From: Candidatus Woesebacteria bacterium
GTDB lineage: Bacteria; Patescibacteriota; Microgenomatia; UBA8517
Length of the DNA: 64,000 nt
Reading direction: 5' to 3'
Assembly: GCA_963716475.1 (NCBI GenBank)
Contig: OY970314.1
Coordinates: 237,226-301,225 of the forward strand
A program made the position numbers and the translations under genes. The first letter of the stretch is position 1; each line of letters begins with the position of its first letter. Shown here piece by piece: positions 1-9,880 of the stretch. Below the pieces are notes generated by a model. The model was not told the origin of the DNA. It searched no databases and saw nothing but the letters and a program-made list of their open reading frames with translations.

Positions 1-14
1 GATGCCTTCGGAAC

Positions 15-242
15 TTGGCCAAAACTGCACCCTGGGTAATATTTATTGATGACGCAACCGATTTTGTTAAATCGGCGGTGGATTCAAAGATCGACAATTT
101 AGTGGCGATAAACATTCCGCAAGGAGTAGTTATGCCGAATTTTCGGCACGAACAGCTTATTGTGATCAAAAGATACCCTGAGAATATTCAGGCAATGTAC
201 CCTTTAATGTTTGCCGTTGATAAAGCCGTAGACGGATGCTAA
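15..242 (+). CDS. hypothetical protein, probably 5'-partial (ORF opens at window edge with TTG)
   Basis: 75-aa ORF from six-frame track; no recognisable motif; may continue upstream of the window. Confidence 0.25.
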   Translation: MAKTAPWVIFIDDATDFVKSAVDSKIDNLVAINIPQGVVMPNFRHEQLIVIKRYPENIQAMYPLMFAVDKAVDGC

Positions 243-278
243 ATTAAATAGTTAGTCGCACAATCATGGGACTCTGCC

Positions 279-1223
279 CTACTCCGGTATTGGTGTATAT
301 TTTGACAGATTGTTTTCATTAAGCATTTCTTCCGGATAACCCATTGACTGGTATTCTATTTTGGGAAAATATTTGTGTTTTACTTTATCGGATATTGAAG
401 AAATATTATCCATAGTTTGCTCACCTTGTGAAACCGGGTGTGTGAGTTCCCTAACCGATTTATATCCCAACTCTTCAAGGTAATTCTCTATGGAAGCTTT
501 AGCCCAATCTAATTCCACATCGATACCTTTTATTTCGGGAAAGACAAGAGTCGCAGCATAATCAACAATGGGTTCACTTAGAGCGTGGTGTGGTAGTAAA
601 CCTTTAGGATATAAAAAGTGTGTCAGTTCGTGAGCCATGAATCTTTTGAATGCCAGTTTGGGAAAATTTTTTTGACTGACCCCCTGTTTTTCAATATATT
701 CCCTGTCGGATTTACATTTTTCTCTAAGTAAATCCATGGAGTTAGGAACCATCATAATACCCAGCTTGCCATAAGTGACCGCGTGTGCAATAAGAATCGA
801 CCCGGCTTCAGTTGAACCCCTGGTGTCTATCATCCGCGCCGCGGGATTTCTCCAGTATTTGTCGGGATTCTCCCCCGGTTGTTCAAACAAATATAAAAAG
901 GCTGTAATCGTATCGGTACCGGTAAATATTATTCTATTCTTTATATTATGCTGATTTACTCCTTCCCTGTCGGGCGGACCAAGTAAATTAACCAGCCGGT
1001 TATACGCCGTCGAAATAATTTCATCCGAATCAATCCACACGGGTTTGGCTTCAATCTCAGTTTTTAAGGCTAAACATGTTTCGTCGTCCCACGTTTGATA
1101 AAAAGCTTCCCTATCAATTACTTTTTCCCGGTTCCTTTTAAATACTTTCGAAAGGATATTTTTCGCTTTTTCCGCAAAATATATTTTTTCCTCTGTTGGT
1201 GCCAAATCCGGATTTTGAGCCAT
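279..1223 (-). CDS. hypothetical protein with HExxH motif (putative zinc metallopeptidase-like)
   Basis: 314-aa ORF; motif MAHELTHF (HExxH) near the middle; lies divergent to the xer-type gene. Confidence 0.5.
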   Translation of the reverse strand: MAQNPDLAPTEEKIYFAEKAKNILSKVFKRNREKVIDREAFYQTWDDETCLALKTEIEAKPVWIDSDEIISTAYNRLVNLLGPPDREGVNQHNIKNRIIFTGTDTITAFLYLFEQPGENPDKYWRNPAARMIDTRGSTEAGSILIAHAVTYGKLGIMMVPNSMDLLREKCKSDREYIEKQGVSQKNFPKLAFKRFMAHELTHFLYPKGLLPHHALSEPIVDYAATLVFPEIKGIDVELDWAKASIENYLEELGYKSVRELTHPVSQGEQTMDNISSISDKVKHKYFPKIEYQSMGYPEEMLNENNLSKYTPIPE

Positions 1224-1325
1224 AACCTAAGTATAGCAAAGCAACGCTCAACCTACTAATGTCGCACAATCTTATTGACACAATCCTCAATCTATCTTAG
1301 TATCAAAGTGTTGAGTCTCTTATAA

Positions 1326-2279
1326 ATGGCTGATGCTGTCCAAAATCAGTCCGAAATAGCTTCGAAAGTAAACCAATTTTTGGAATATCTTCAGGTGGAA
1401 CGGGGCTGCTCTCCCCTAACGATCAGAAATTACCGCCACTACCTTAGTCGTTTTATCTTATGGATGGATTCACAGGGAATTAGGGAGAACCTGACTGATA
1501 TTAACCCCGATGTGATCAGAAGCTTCAGAGTGTATCTTTCTAATTTGCCTGGTGAAAATAAAGCCCTGTTAAGTAGACGCACACAGGGTTATCACGTAAT
1601 TGCCATGAGAAGTTTTCTTAAATGGCTTCTAAAAAATGATTATGCGGTTATGGCACCTGATAAAATTGAACTTCCCAAGGTAGAAGAGAGACAGGTAAAG
1701 TTTTTAAACGGAGAGCAGGTGGACAGGCTCCTTAATGCACCGAGTCAGTCTACTATTCAGGGCAAGCGTGACAAAGCAATTTTGGAAGTCCTTTTTTCCA
1801 CAGGGCTTCGTGTTTCGGAGTTAACAAAACTTGACCGCGATAAAATCGATCTGGACCGGCGCGAGTTTGGAATTATCGGAAAAGGCGGAAAAGCCAGGGT
1901 CGTGTTTTTGTCGCAAAGAGCAGCCGACTGGCTTATTAAATACTTAAACGAACGTGACGATCATTTCAAACCTCTTTTTATTCATCACAAGGGAAAGGTC
2001 GAACCGACCACAAGCGGAGAAAAAATGCGCCTCACTCCGAGGTCTGTTCAAAGAATGGTAAAAAAGTATTCTCACAAAATGAAACTTCCGGTTGAAGTTA
2101 CGCCCCATGTCATGCGCCACAGCTTCGCTACGGATTTACTGATGGCGGGGGCTGATATCAGGAGTGTTCAGGAAATGCTGGGACACAAAAATATTTCAAC
2201 AACTCAGATTTACACCCACGTAACCAATAAGCAGCTAAGGGATATTCACGCGGCATTTCATGGTAAAGGGGGAAATTAG
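1326..2279 (+). CDS. site-specific tyrosine recombinase XerC/XerD family
   Basis: N-terminal core-binding region (LEYLQVERGCSPLTIRNYRHYL); C-terminal catalytic box HVMRHSFATDLL...LGHKNISTTQIYTHV with R-H-R-Y residues. Confidence 0.85.
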   Translation: MADAVQNQSEIASKVNQFLEYLQVERGCSPLTIRNYRHYLSRFILWMDSQGIRENLTDINPDVIRSFRVYLSNLPGENKALLSRRTQGYHVIAMRSFLKWLLKNDYAVMAPDKIELPKVEERQVKFLNGEQVDRLLNAPSQSTIQGKRDKAILEVLFSTGLRVSELTKLDRDKIDLDRREFGIIGKGGKARVVFLSQRAADWLIKYLNERDDHFKPLFIHHKGKVEPTTSGEKMRLTPRSVQRMVKKYSHKMKLPVEVTPHVMRHSFATDLLMAGADIRSVQEMLGHKNISTTQIYTHVTNKQLRDIHAAFHGKGGN

Positions 2280-2281
2280 AG

Positions 2282-3292
2282 TTAGATCATATTTTTGTGA
2301 TTTTCAATTATTCTTGCCCCAATAATCTCTGTTGTTTTTGCAACCTCATGAAATATTGCCCGTTTAAGTTCACTCTTTCTTTGTGTATCGGTGGTCATTT
2401 CAACCTCGTTGGTAATCGGTTTAACAGTATTTTCAATTGCTATTAATTCTTCAAAGGCGGTTTGCACCTCCTCGGGACTCATGGCTCTTGAAATTTTACC
2501 AGCGTATTCCTCTCTTTTTGTATCAGGTTCGGATAGAAGAGCTGCTTTGAGGGGAAATGATTCTACAAAATTTCTGACATAATCCTTTTCGGATATTTTT
2601 CCGAAAATACCCCTTCGTAATATAGGAAAAACGAACTCTTTTACACCATTACCATTGGCAAAAGTTCTTGAGCTATTAATTTCCGGGTAATTTTTTTTGA
2701 AGTAGTGGTAGACGATAGAGTGCCCGGACCCTCCTTGTATAATTGCGAATTTCTTTTGATTGTTTTCAGGTTGACCTATGTACTTTTTGATTTGTTCTGT
2801 GACAGTGTCATTACGAAATTTAAGTTCTGCTGTCATTAGCTGTGTTCTTTTTTTTCGCAGTTCGAAAGAATCTTTTATTTTTCCCTCGTAGAATAATTCG
2901 TAAGACTTTAGGCGCAGATTTTCGGTGTCTGTAATTCCTTCCCCTGTGTCCTCTTCTTGGGATGAATCGATAAAATGAAATTCCTTATTCTCTGAAATAA
3001 CTTTTCTAACAATTGGCATTATGAAATCATGCCCGAGAAAATATTTATTGCAGTCTGCAATTGCGCGGTCTTTCGCTGCTGAATCGCTGGAGGACGAAGC
3101 CAGATTAATTTCTTTCTCCATGTCTTTGCGTGTCGAATCCGACTCTCCATGAAACTCCATTAGAATAACGTCCGCATTCTCACATTCCTGCCAAACCCGG
3201 TTAACATTTTCGGGTATGTGCGTAATATTTAGGAATTTTAAATCGATACTTGGTTTAGCCGGTTCACATTCCGCCACTTCAGATGATTCCAT
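2282..3292 (-). CDS. hypothetical protein
   Basis: 336-aa ORF; coding-like composition; no family recognised. Confidence 0.45.
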   Translation of the reverse strand: MESSEVAECEPAKPSIDLKFLNITHIPENVNRVWQECENADVILMEFHGESDSTRKDMEKEINLASSSSDSAAKDRAIADCNKYFLGHDFIMPIVRKVISENKEFHFIDSSQEEDTGEGITDTENLRLKSYELFYEGKIKDSFELRKKRTQLMTAELKFRNDTVTEQIKKYIGQPENNQKKFAIIQGGSGHSIVYHYFKKNYPEINSSRTFANGNGVKEFVFPILRRGIFGKISEKDYVRNFVESFPLKAALLSEPDTKREEYAGKISRAMSPEEVQTAFEELIAIENTVKPITNEVEMTTDTQRKSELKRAIFHEVAKTTEIIGARIIENHKNMI

Positions 3293-3312
3293 AAGGCTAT
3301 TATTAAGTATAG

Positions 3313-4374
3313 CTACTTCTCAATTTTTTCCCAGGGAAATCCCGGGCGGCCGAAGTGGCCGTAGGAGGCGGTAGCCAGATAGATCGGGGTTTGCAAGTTA
3401 AGTCTTTCGATAATTGAGCGTGGTCTGAAATCATATTTTTTGGCTACGTATTTGGACAGATCTTTCCCTTTTTCGTCTAAGGCGCGAAGCATCAGAGGCT
3501 CAGCCTTACCGATTGCATAGGCGACGGAGACCAGGCAGTCCTTGGCCAGTCCATTTCCTACTATGTTTTTGGCAACAAAACGGCACATATAGGCCCCACT
3601 TCTGTCAACTTTGGTTGGATCCTTTCCTGAAAAACATCCCCCTCCGTGTGGAATAAGTCCGCCATAGGTATCAACCATAATTTTCCGGCCGGTTAAACCC
3701 GTATCGCCCATGAATCCTCCGACTTCAAACCTTCCTGTTGGGTTAACAAGAATATCAATACCTTTGGTATCCCCCACTACTTTCTTAATTAATTTATTTG
3801 TAATTTCGCGTCTTATGGTTTCGATCGGAACTCCTTTTTTATGCTGAGTTGAGACCAGAACAGTTTTAATTTTCCCGTTCTGCATAGTGATCTGGGCTTT
3901 TCCGTCGGGATGGAGCCACTTAATCTTTTTGCTTCTGCGTAAATCCTCCAAACCTCTGGTAAGTTTATGGACCATGGCAACCGCCTTAGGAAGATACTCG
4001 GGAGTTTCGTCTGTCGCAAATCCGTACATGATTCCCTGATCGCCTGCGCCTCCGGTATCAACCCCCATGGCAATATCCGGAGATTGCCTCACGATATTTG
4101 TAATAATTTTAAGCTTGTCCGTGTGCCCGATATCCCTGTAAACTTTTCTTGCGATTTTGGCTGCATCAAATTTTGCGTGTGTTGTAACTTCGCCACCGAC
4201 AATGAAGAGACCGTGACTTCCGAATGACTCTACCGCAACCCGGCTTTTGGGGTCCTCGGTCAGACAGGCATCAAGAACTGCATCGGAAACCTGATCACAA
4301 ATTTTATCTGGGTGCCCGCTGGTCACGGATTCAACTGTGTAATTTTTGAAGGAATCTAAGAAAACATTACTCAT
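3313..4374 (-). CDS. metK: S-adenosylmethionine synthetase
   Basis: GHPDKICDQVSDAVLD, GGGCFSGKDPTKVDRSGAY and other MetK hallmark blocks; likely true start is the internal M (MSNVFLDSF) near 4374 rather than the ORF-track start at 4416. Confidence 0.9.
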   Translation of the reverse strand: MSNVFLDSFKNYTVESVTSGHPDKICDQVSDAVLDACLTEDPKSRVAVESFGSHGLFIVGGEVTTHAKFDAAKIARKVYRDIGHTDKLKIITNIVRQSPDIAMGVDTGGAGDQGIMYGFATDETPEYLPKAVAMVHKLTRGLEDLRRSKKIKWLHPDGKAQITMQNGKIKTVLVSTQHKKGVPIETIRREITNKLIKKVVGDTKGIDILVNPTGRFEVGGFMGDTGLTGRKIMVDTYGGLIPHGGGCFSGKDPTKVDRSGAYMCRFVAKNIVGNGLAKDCLVSVAYAIGKAEPLMLRALDEKGKDLSKYVAKKYDFRPRSIIERLNLQTPIYLATASYGHFGRPGFPWEKIEK

Positions 4375-4391
4375 ATCGGTTTTCCCCCTTC

Positions 4392-4492
4392 CGGAGGACA
4401 AGTCTAGCTTTGGCACCTTCTGAAGCCTTTACTCCAGAGGTTGTCGGCGGATCTTCAGGCTAGCTCCCTCCCCGCACTCTTGATATATGGAT
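4392..4492 (-). promoter_or_regulatory. SAM-I (S-box) riboswitch in metK leader
   Basis: Leader RNA (reverse complement) reads AUCAAGAGUGCGGGGAGGGAGCUAGCCUGAAGAUCCGCCGACAACC...GGUGCCAAAGCUAGAC, matching the conserved SAM-I core (CAAGAG, GAGGGA, GCCxGAxGA, CCGxCAACC, GGUGCCAA); CCUCC just 5' of the GGGGGA RBS suggests SD sequestration. Confidence 0.7.
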
Positions 4493-4494
4493 TC

Positions 4495-4522
4495 ATTCTA
4501 GCTCAGGGCTATCCCATGTCAA
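4495..4522 (-). promoter_or_regulatory. putative sigma70 promoter of metK (TTGACA-16-TAGAAT)
   Basis: Reverse complement reads TTGACAtgggatagccctgagcTAGAAT immediately 5' of the riboswitch. Confidence 0.4.
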
Positions 4523-4546
4523 GTAGAAAAAGGGTATAATTACGTT

Positions 4547-5059
4547 GTGGTTACCATAATTCTACCCGGATATTCAGTCAAAAATAAAGAATGGTTGGAA
4601 GAAACGGCTGAGAAAATTAATTCCAGTAACGAAATTATGCCAATTTATTGGGATCATTGGGTAGATACAGGGAATAAATTCAACCCCGAAGCAAAAGCTC
4701 AGCTTATCAGCGGTGTTGTCGGTATGCGGATATCTGATATTATTGCCAAGTCGATAGGAACACTCGTTGCGGCGTACCTGATTCAGCAAAGTCCTGAAAA
4801 AATCAATAAAGTAATCCTTAACGGGATTTGTCTCAACGACTTGGGCGAGGACGATAAAGAAATAATAAAAGCGGCTTTAAAATTAATTCCTCCCGAAAAC
4901 ATTATTTGTTATCAGAATGAAGATGATCCGCATGGAAATTTAGAACAGGCCAAGAATTTTCTCTCCGGAATAGACTCTGAAATAGTTATAATCTCTAAAG
5001 ACAGAGACGATCACGAATATCCCTATTTTGAAGAATTCCACGATTTTCTCTTAGGTTAG
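4547..5059 (+). CDS. hypothetical protein (possible alpha/beta-hydrolase-fold), GTG start
   Basis: 170-aa ORF; weak resemblance to small serine hydrolases; no clear catalytic motif. Confidence 0.45.
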   Translation: MVTIILPGYSVKNKEWLEETAEKINSSNEIMPIYWDHWVDTGNKFNPEAKAQLISGVVGMRISDIIAKSIGTLVAAYLIQQSPEKINKVILNGICLNDLGEDDKEIIKAALKLIPPENIICYQNEDDPHGNLEQAKNFLSGIDSEIVIISKDRDDHEYPYFEEFHDFLLG

Positions 5060-5060
5060 A

Positions 5061-5840
5061 CTAACGGACTTCGTACGAAAGAGAAACGGTAACGTCTATT
5101 TCGGTGGTTCCTGGTTGAACATTCGGCTGGGTAACCGATTTTTCGGTAACCACACTTCCGGCGCTGGGAGCCATAAGGGGTCGTATGTTAGAAGGAGTTT
5201 CCTCAGACACGTTGATTATTTTCCCGAGAGTTATTCCTGCTGCTTTGGCCAGGCCTTCTGCTTTAGTTTTTGCTTCGGCAACCGCCTGATCCCTGGCGTC
5301 CTGTAGAGTTTTATTTTTAAGGTTGTCGCTTAAATCAAAATTAACTCCGCCAATGGTATTGGCGCCGAAACTTGTGGCGGAAGCGAGCAGATCGTTAATT
5401 TTTGTAAAGTCGCGGATTGTAATTTCATATGAAGTCGAAACCTGATAACCTGTTATTCTTTGGGTAGGAGTCGTGTAGTCATACTGCGGGTAAACATAAT
5501 AGGAAATTGTTTTGATGTCTTTATCCGCGATTCCGGTCTTTTTGATTTGAGCAACCAAATCCTGGGATTTTTTATTGACAGAATCCTGAACGGTTTTAAG
5601 GTTGGTACCCGATTCCTGAATTCCTAAATCAACCTTGGCGATATCGGGAGCAACGGTAGAAGTACCGGTTCCCTGAACGATAAAGGGTTCACCCTTCGTT
5701 TGCGTTACCGAACTAAAGTTAATCGGAGGCCCCCATTTGGCAAAAATGAAAAGAAGAATAAAAAAGATTATTACTGTACCAACTGTTCTGGCGGATGCCG
5801 GGACTTTGTAATCGTCATTCACAAAACAAATATAACACAT
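5061..5840 (-). CDS. SIMPL-domain (DUF541) secreted/membrane-anchored protein
   Basis: N-terminal TM (VGTVIIFFILLFIFAKW) then a SIMPL-like region with VNKKSQDL...TGYQVSTSYEITIRDF...ARDQAVAEAKTKAEGLAKAAG; ORF-track start at 5909 is probably an upstream extension. Confidence 0.65.
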   Translation of the reverse strand: MCYICFVNDDYKVPASARTVGTVIIFFILLFIFAKWGPPINFSSVTQTKGEPFIVQGTGTSTVAPDIAKVDLGIQESGTNLKTVQDSVNKKSQDLVAQIKKTGIADKDIKTISYYVYPQYDYTTPTQRITGYQVSTSYEITIRDFTKINDLLASATSFGANTIGGVNFDLSDNLKNKTLQDARDQAVAEAKTKAEGLAKAAGITLGKIINVSEETPSNIRPLMAPSAGSVVTEKSVTQPNVQPGTTEIDVTVSLSYEVR

Positions 5841-5882
5841 TTTAGTTTGACAGAAAAGCATTTTGTAGAGTAAACTCGCGCT

Positions 5883-6161
5883 ATGACAAAAGAATATGAG
5901 GTATCCCAATTAAACAGAGATGTTATTGAGGGGAATATTGGTATGGTAATTGAACATTTGGCCGACGCCCGCCTCACGCCGACTGAAATTAAAATATTAT
6001 TGGCGACAGCAATACGTTCCAGAGCCAGAGTTAAGGAGTTGGAAGCAAACGCAATTGATGATTCTTTTGGAGATCTGGAACATTCCGGTGGCAAAAGTTC
6101 GTTTGAGAGAAGACGGGCCGAAAACTTACGGGAACTTGCCGAGCAAGTTGAAAAATTTTAA
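5883..6161 (+). CDS. small hypothetical protein (92 aa)
   Basis: Helical charged sequence; fills the gap between convergent genes; uncertain. Confidence 0.3.
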   Translation: MTKEYEVSQLNRDVIEGNIGMVIEHLADARLTPTEIKILLATAIRSRARVKELEANAIDDSFGDLEHSGGKSSFERRRAENLRELAEQVEKF

Positions 6162-6164
6162 GTA

Positions 6165-8807
6165 TTAAATTTCCCCTTCTTCCCCGCCTTTTTCAAGAAC
6201 TGCAGCGGCGGCCACATTATCGCTTTTATCTGCAAAGCGCATAAGAATTACTCCTTGGGTGGCACGCCCAAGTTCAGGAATATTTTTAAGAGGTAATTTA
6301 ATTACCTGTCCCATCTTGCTGGTAATTATCACCTGATCAAAATTTTGTGTAACCATTATTGCCGTTTTAAGATTTCCGGTTTTGGGATTAACTACGGAAG
6401 CCTTAACTCCTTTGCCTGCTCTTTTTTGAACCGGGAAGAGATGTATTGGGGTACGTTTCCCAAGTCCCTTTTCGGCTATCGTCAGGATATCCCTGAAAAA
6501 CTTCTTTCTTTTGTCGGCCGGAACCGTTTCTTTTCCGGGGAAGACCTCCATGCCGATAACTTCATCATCCTTTTCCAATTTTATTCCGGTGACTCCGGTG
6601 GTGGCTCGTCCCATTGGTCTGACATTTGCCTCCGGGAATCTTATTGATTTTGCACCCTTAGTTAGAATAATGATGTGGTCATCCCCCGTCGTAGGATGTA
6701 CCGAAACCAGTTGATCATCAGTACGAAGTTTTATTGCAATAAGTCCCGATGCCCTCAGGTTTTCAAATTCGGATAAAGACGTCTTTTTAATAATCCCTGT
6801 TTTGGTCGCCATGATCAAATGCTTAATTCCCAACTCTTTGGTAAGCGGCACCATGGATTTAATTTCCTCCCCCTGCTCAAGGTTTAACAAATTAACTAAG
6901 GCTTGTCCTTTTGCCTGACGCGAACTTTCGGGAATTTCCCAAGCTTTCAGACCGAAAACACGGCCTTTGTTGGTAAAGAAAAGAATTGTGTCGTGAGTGG
7001 TGGCGTCGATCATGTGCTCTATTTCATCTTCCTCTTTAGTTGCCATCCCGATAACTCCCTTGCCCCCTCTTCTTTGGGCTCTGTATGCTCCTGCCGAAAG
7101 ACGTTTGATGTAACCGGTCCTGGTTACCGTGATCAGGGTTTCTTCTTTGGCAACCAAGTCTTCTTCGCTGAATTCTCCCACAGCGTGTTTATAAATTTTG
7201 GTGCGTCTGGCGTCGCCGTATTTGGCCTTAAGTTCGGCAAGTTCGGTAACTATGATATCGAGAACCCTCTTGGGATCTTTCAAAATAGCGGTCAGAGCAT
7301 CAATCAGTTTCTTTATTTCCGCATATTCCGTTTCAATCTTCTCGCGTTCCAAGGCGGCAAGGCGCCTAAGCTGCATGTCAAGGATTGCAGTTGCCTGAAT
7401 ATCGCTCAAACCAAACCGGGAAATTAAATTTTTCTTGGCATCTTCCTGGGTTCTGCTTTCCCTGATGGTTTTAATAACGGCGTCAAGATTATCGAGAGCA
7501 ATCTTAAGCCCTTCCAAAATGTGGGCTCTCTTTTTGGCTTCGGTTAAATCAAAAATGGTTCTTCTCGTCACCACTCTTTGTCTGTGTTTTACATACTCGA
7601 CCAAAATTTGCTTGAGGTTAAGGGTATGGGGAGTGCCGTCAACCAGGGCCACGAAATTTGCGGAGAATGAACTTTGTAGTTTTGTGTGTTTGAAAAGATT
7701 ATTCAGGACCGATTTTGGTTTTGCATCACGCTTTAGGTCTACCGCAACTCTCATTCCGTCCTTGTCGCTTTCGTCCCTGAGATCGGCGATACCGATAACT
7801 TTTTTGTCTTTAACAAGTTCGGCAATTTTGGCCACAAGTTCGGCCTTATTTACCTGATAAGGAAGTTCGGTAATAATAATTTGCTGTTTGCCTTTGGCAC
7901 CTTCGACTATTTCGGCAATTCCACGGACAACAATGCGTCCCCTACCTGTGGCGTAAACTTCGTTAAGAGAAGCAGCGTCATAAATTACGCCACCTGTCGG
8001 AAAATCCGGACCGGGAACTATTTTTACCAAATCTTCTATAGAAATATCGCTTTCAAAACTGATTTCGCTTGGAGTGACTTCTTCCTGTGTTAACGCCTTT
8101 TCGGCACCGCTGGCAACAAGGTTAATCTTTTTAATAATAAAATCCGTATGGGTTTCCTGGTCTTTTATTTCAGGTACCTCAAAATTGGATTTAATTACAC
8201 GGCCTTTCTTAATTATTTCGGATATGGCGTCTACAAGTTCGCTTAAGTTGTGGGGCGGAATTTTGGTGGCCATCCCGACCGCGATTCCCTCGCTGCCCAT
8301 CAGAAGTAAATTGGGTAAAAGTGCCGGAAGATAAACCGGTTCTTTAAGGGTGGCGTCAAAATTGTCTATAAAGTCCACAGTTTCTTTCTCCATATCTACG
8401 AGAATACTGTCCGCAATTTTGGCAAGTTTTACCTCGGTGTAACGCATGGCAGCCGGCGGATCCCCGTCTACCGAGCCGAAGTTTCCCTGCCCGTGAACCA
8501 GGGGGTAGCGCATGGAAAAAGTCTGGGCAAGACGTACCATAGCGTCGTAAACCGCCATATCCCCGTGCGGATGGTATTTACCTAAAACTTCTCCGACCAC
8601 CTTGGCGCTTTTGGTGGTGCCTGATTGGGAAAAGTGAAGACCCATAAGGTGCATGGCATATAGGATGCGTCTGTGGACCGGCTTGAGGCCGTCCCTGACG
8701 TCCGGAAGGGCGCGGGCGACGATAACACTCATTGCATAATCAAGATAAGATGTAGATAACTCTGAAGTTATTTCAGTTGAGAGAACTTTACCGATATCAG
8801 TGGACAT
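6165..8807 (-). CDS. gyrA: DNA gyrase subunit A
   Basis: [34 protein letters not shown], and C-terminal beta-pinwheel repeats. Confidence 0.95.
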   Translation of the reverse strand: MSTDIGKVLSTEITSELSTSYLDYAMSVIVARALPDVRDGLKPVHRRILYAMHLMGLHFSQSGTTKSAKVVGEVLGKYHPHGDMAVYDAMVRLAQTFSMRYPLVHGQGNFGSVDGDPPAAMRYTEVKLAKIADSILVDMEKETVDFIDNFDATLKEPVYLPALLPNLLLMGSEGIAVGMATKIPPHNLSELVDAISEIIKKGRVIKSNFEVPEIKDQETHTDFIIKKINLVASGAEKALTQEEVTPSEISFESDISIEDLVKIVPGPDFPTGGVIYDAASLNEVYATGRGRIVVRGIAEIVEGAKGKQQIIITELPYQVNKAELVAKIAELVKDKKVIGIADLRDESDKDGMRVAVDLKRDAKPKSVLNNLFKHTKLQSSFSANFVALVDGTPHTLNLKQILVEYVKHRQRVVTRRTIFDLTEAKKRAHILEGLKIALDNLDAVIKTIRESRTQEDAKKNLISRFGLSDIQATAILDMQLRRLAALEREKIETEYAEIKKLIDALTAILKDPKRVLDIIVTELAELKAKYGDARRTKIYKHAVGEFSEEDLVAKEETLITVTRTGYIKRLSAGAYRAQRRGGKGVIGMATKEEDEIEHMIDATTHDTILFFTNKGRVFGLKAWEIPESSRQAKGQALVNLLNLEQGEEIKSMVPLTKELGIKHLIMATKTGIIKKTSLSEFENLRASGLIAIKLRTDDQLVSVHPTTGDDHIIILTKGAKSIRFPEANVRPMGRATTGVTGIKLEKDDEVIGMEVFPGKETVPADKRKKFFRDILTIAEKGLGKRTPIHLFPVQKRAGKGVKASVVNPKTGNLKTAIMVTQNFDQVIITSKMGQVIKLPLKNIPELGRATQGVILMRFADKSDNVAAAAVLEKGGEEGEI

Positions 8808-8867
8808 AATAATGAGGCTACTTCAGCCTCGACACATTTTATACTTTTGGGGGTTAAGAAGCAATGA

Positions 8868-9254
8868 CTAAACCGTGTCCTCAGGGGGTTTTTGATCTTC
8901 CTCTTTAGTTTCTTCTTCGGCTTTGGGTTCCTCCGGTTTTGGCTGATCCTCTGTCGGGGATTGATTATTTTTCTTACCGGATCGGAAGATAACGTAGCCG
9001 ATAACTGCAATCACCACCAAAACTCCAAGGCTAATCTTTTTGTGCGTCATTATCCACTGAATGGTGCTTTGTGGTGCCGGAGTTGCGGTAACCGGTGTGA
9101 TTGTTGGTTCAATAGTCGGTGCGATAGTTGCAACCGCTGTCGGTTCAACAGTGGCTTTGGCCGCGGCGGCCAAAACAGTAAATGGAACGGCAAGTGAACC
9201 AAGAAGGACAGCGGAGGTTACTGCAGCTGCGATAGTCTTTTGAAAAATCTTCAT
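8868..9254 (-). CDS. small Pro/Thr-rich surface protein with C-terminal THK-TM-FR-KK anchor
   Basis: Signal peptide, PT-rich linker (TVEPTAVATIAPTIEPTITPVTATPAP), then WIMTHKKISLGVLVVIAVIGYVIFRSGKK; this anchor resembles the C-terminus of the 10844..11752 protein. Confidence 0.55.
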   Translation of the reverse strand: MKIFQKTIAAAVTSAVLLGSLAVPFTVLAAAAKATVEPTAVATIAPTIEPTITPVTATPAPQSTIQWIMTHKKISLGVLVVIAVIGYVIFRSGKKNNQSPTEDQPKPEEPKAEEETKEEDQKPPEDTV

Positions 9255-9261
9255 GTTTCTT

Positions 9262-9302
9262 TCAGCTAACTTGCATTATACATAGAGAAATGTATCTGTC
9301 AA
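9262..9302 (-). promoter_or_regulatory. sigma70-type promoter (TTGACA-16-TATAAT) for the 8868..9254 gene
   Basis: Reverse complement reads cTTGACAgatacatttctctatgTATAATgc, 20 nt before the ATG. Confidence 0.45.
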
Positions 9303-9880
9303 GTCGTCAGTCTGGCCTTAATTACGGCACGCTGACCATCAAAGAGTCCCCAGCATGTGTAAATAGTTAATTCTTCAGCGTTGGTTGGAGAAACAAGGTC
9401 TACCCTATCCGGCCCTACGAAATATTTTTGATCTGCAACGTAGTTATATATTTTGCCGCTTTTGGTCTTAATAATAATTTTTTGACCCAGACTAAGGTAT
9501 GGCAGGTTACCAAAAATGATCTTTTTATTGTGTCCGTAGATGACGGTATTTCCCCCACTCCCCGGGGCGGCCGATGTGTTTAAAAATGTTGCAACAGAGT
9601 CGGAAATGAGCCAAACACCGTTCTTAATTTGTCCGGGTTCAACTTTAAGATCAATTTGAATCGAGGGAATAATAATTTCGGCCGGAATATCCATATTCGC
9701 TGTCGAGGTTGCCACAGCTTCGGGAACCTTTGAGAATGAGAGAATTCTGACACGGTAATAATTTACCGCGCCAAAAGAAAAAATGAGTAAACCGGCGAGA
9801 ATTAAAAATAACGGAGCTCTGTTATTTCTTTGAAGCTTTTTTGAGACCTTTGAGACCGAATGCTGAGAGTGTTGCACCAA
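9299..9880 (-). CDS. sortase-family transpeptidase
   Basis: N-terminal TM; His in VIYGHNKK; catalytic Cys in LTIYTCWG; downstream Arg (RAVIKARL), consistent with the sortase His-Cys-Arg triad. Confidence 0.7.
   Translation of the reverse strand: MVQHSQHSVSKVSKKLQRNNRAPLFLILAGLLIFSFGAVNYYRVRILSFSKVPEAVATSTANMDIPAEIIIPSIQIDLKVEPGQIKNGVWLISDSVATFLNTSAAPGSGGNTVIYGHNKKIIFGNLPYLSLGQKIIIKTKSGKIYNYVADQKYFVGPDRVDLVSPTNAEELTIYTCWGLFDGQRAVIKARLTT

Noticed and set aside
1326-2279. Tyrosine recombinase as a marker of an integrated mobile element or prophage
   Set aside because: Sequence has the XerC/XerD chromosome-dimer-resolution architecture; flanked by housekeeping genes (metK, hypothetical proteins) with no phage, transposase or att-like repeats visible
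4547-5059. Assigning the 170-aa protein as a specific hydrolase family
   Set aside because: No nucleophile elbow (GxSxG) or clear catalytic triad could be identified by eye; left as hypothetical
6345-8334. Multiple 60-170-aa plus-strand ORFs inside gyrA, and similar antisense ORFs inside gyrB, hppA, the mega-GT and the giant adhesins
   Set aside because: All are antisense to strongly supported long genes and have repetitive or low-complexity translations; typical shadow ORFs
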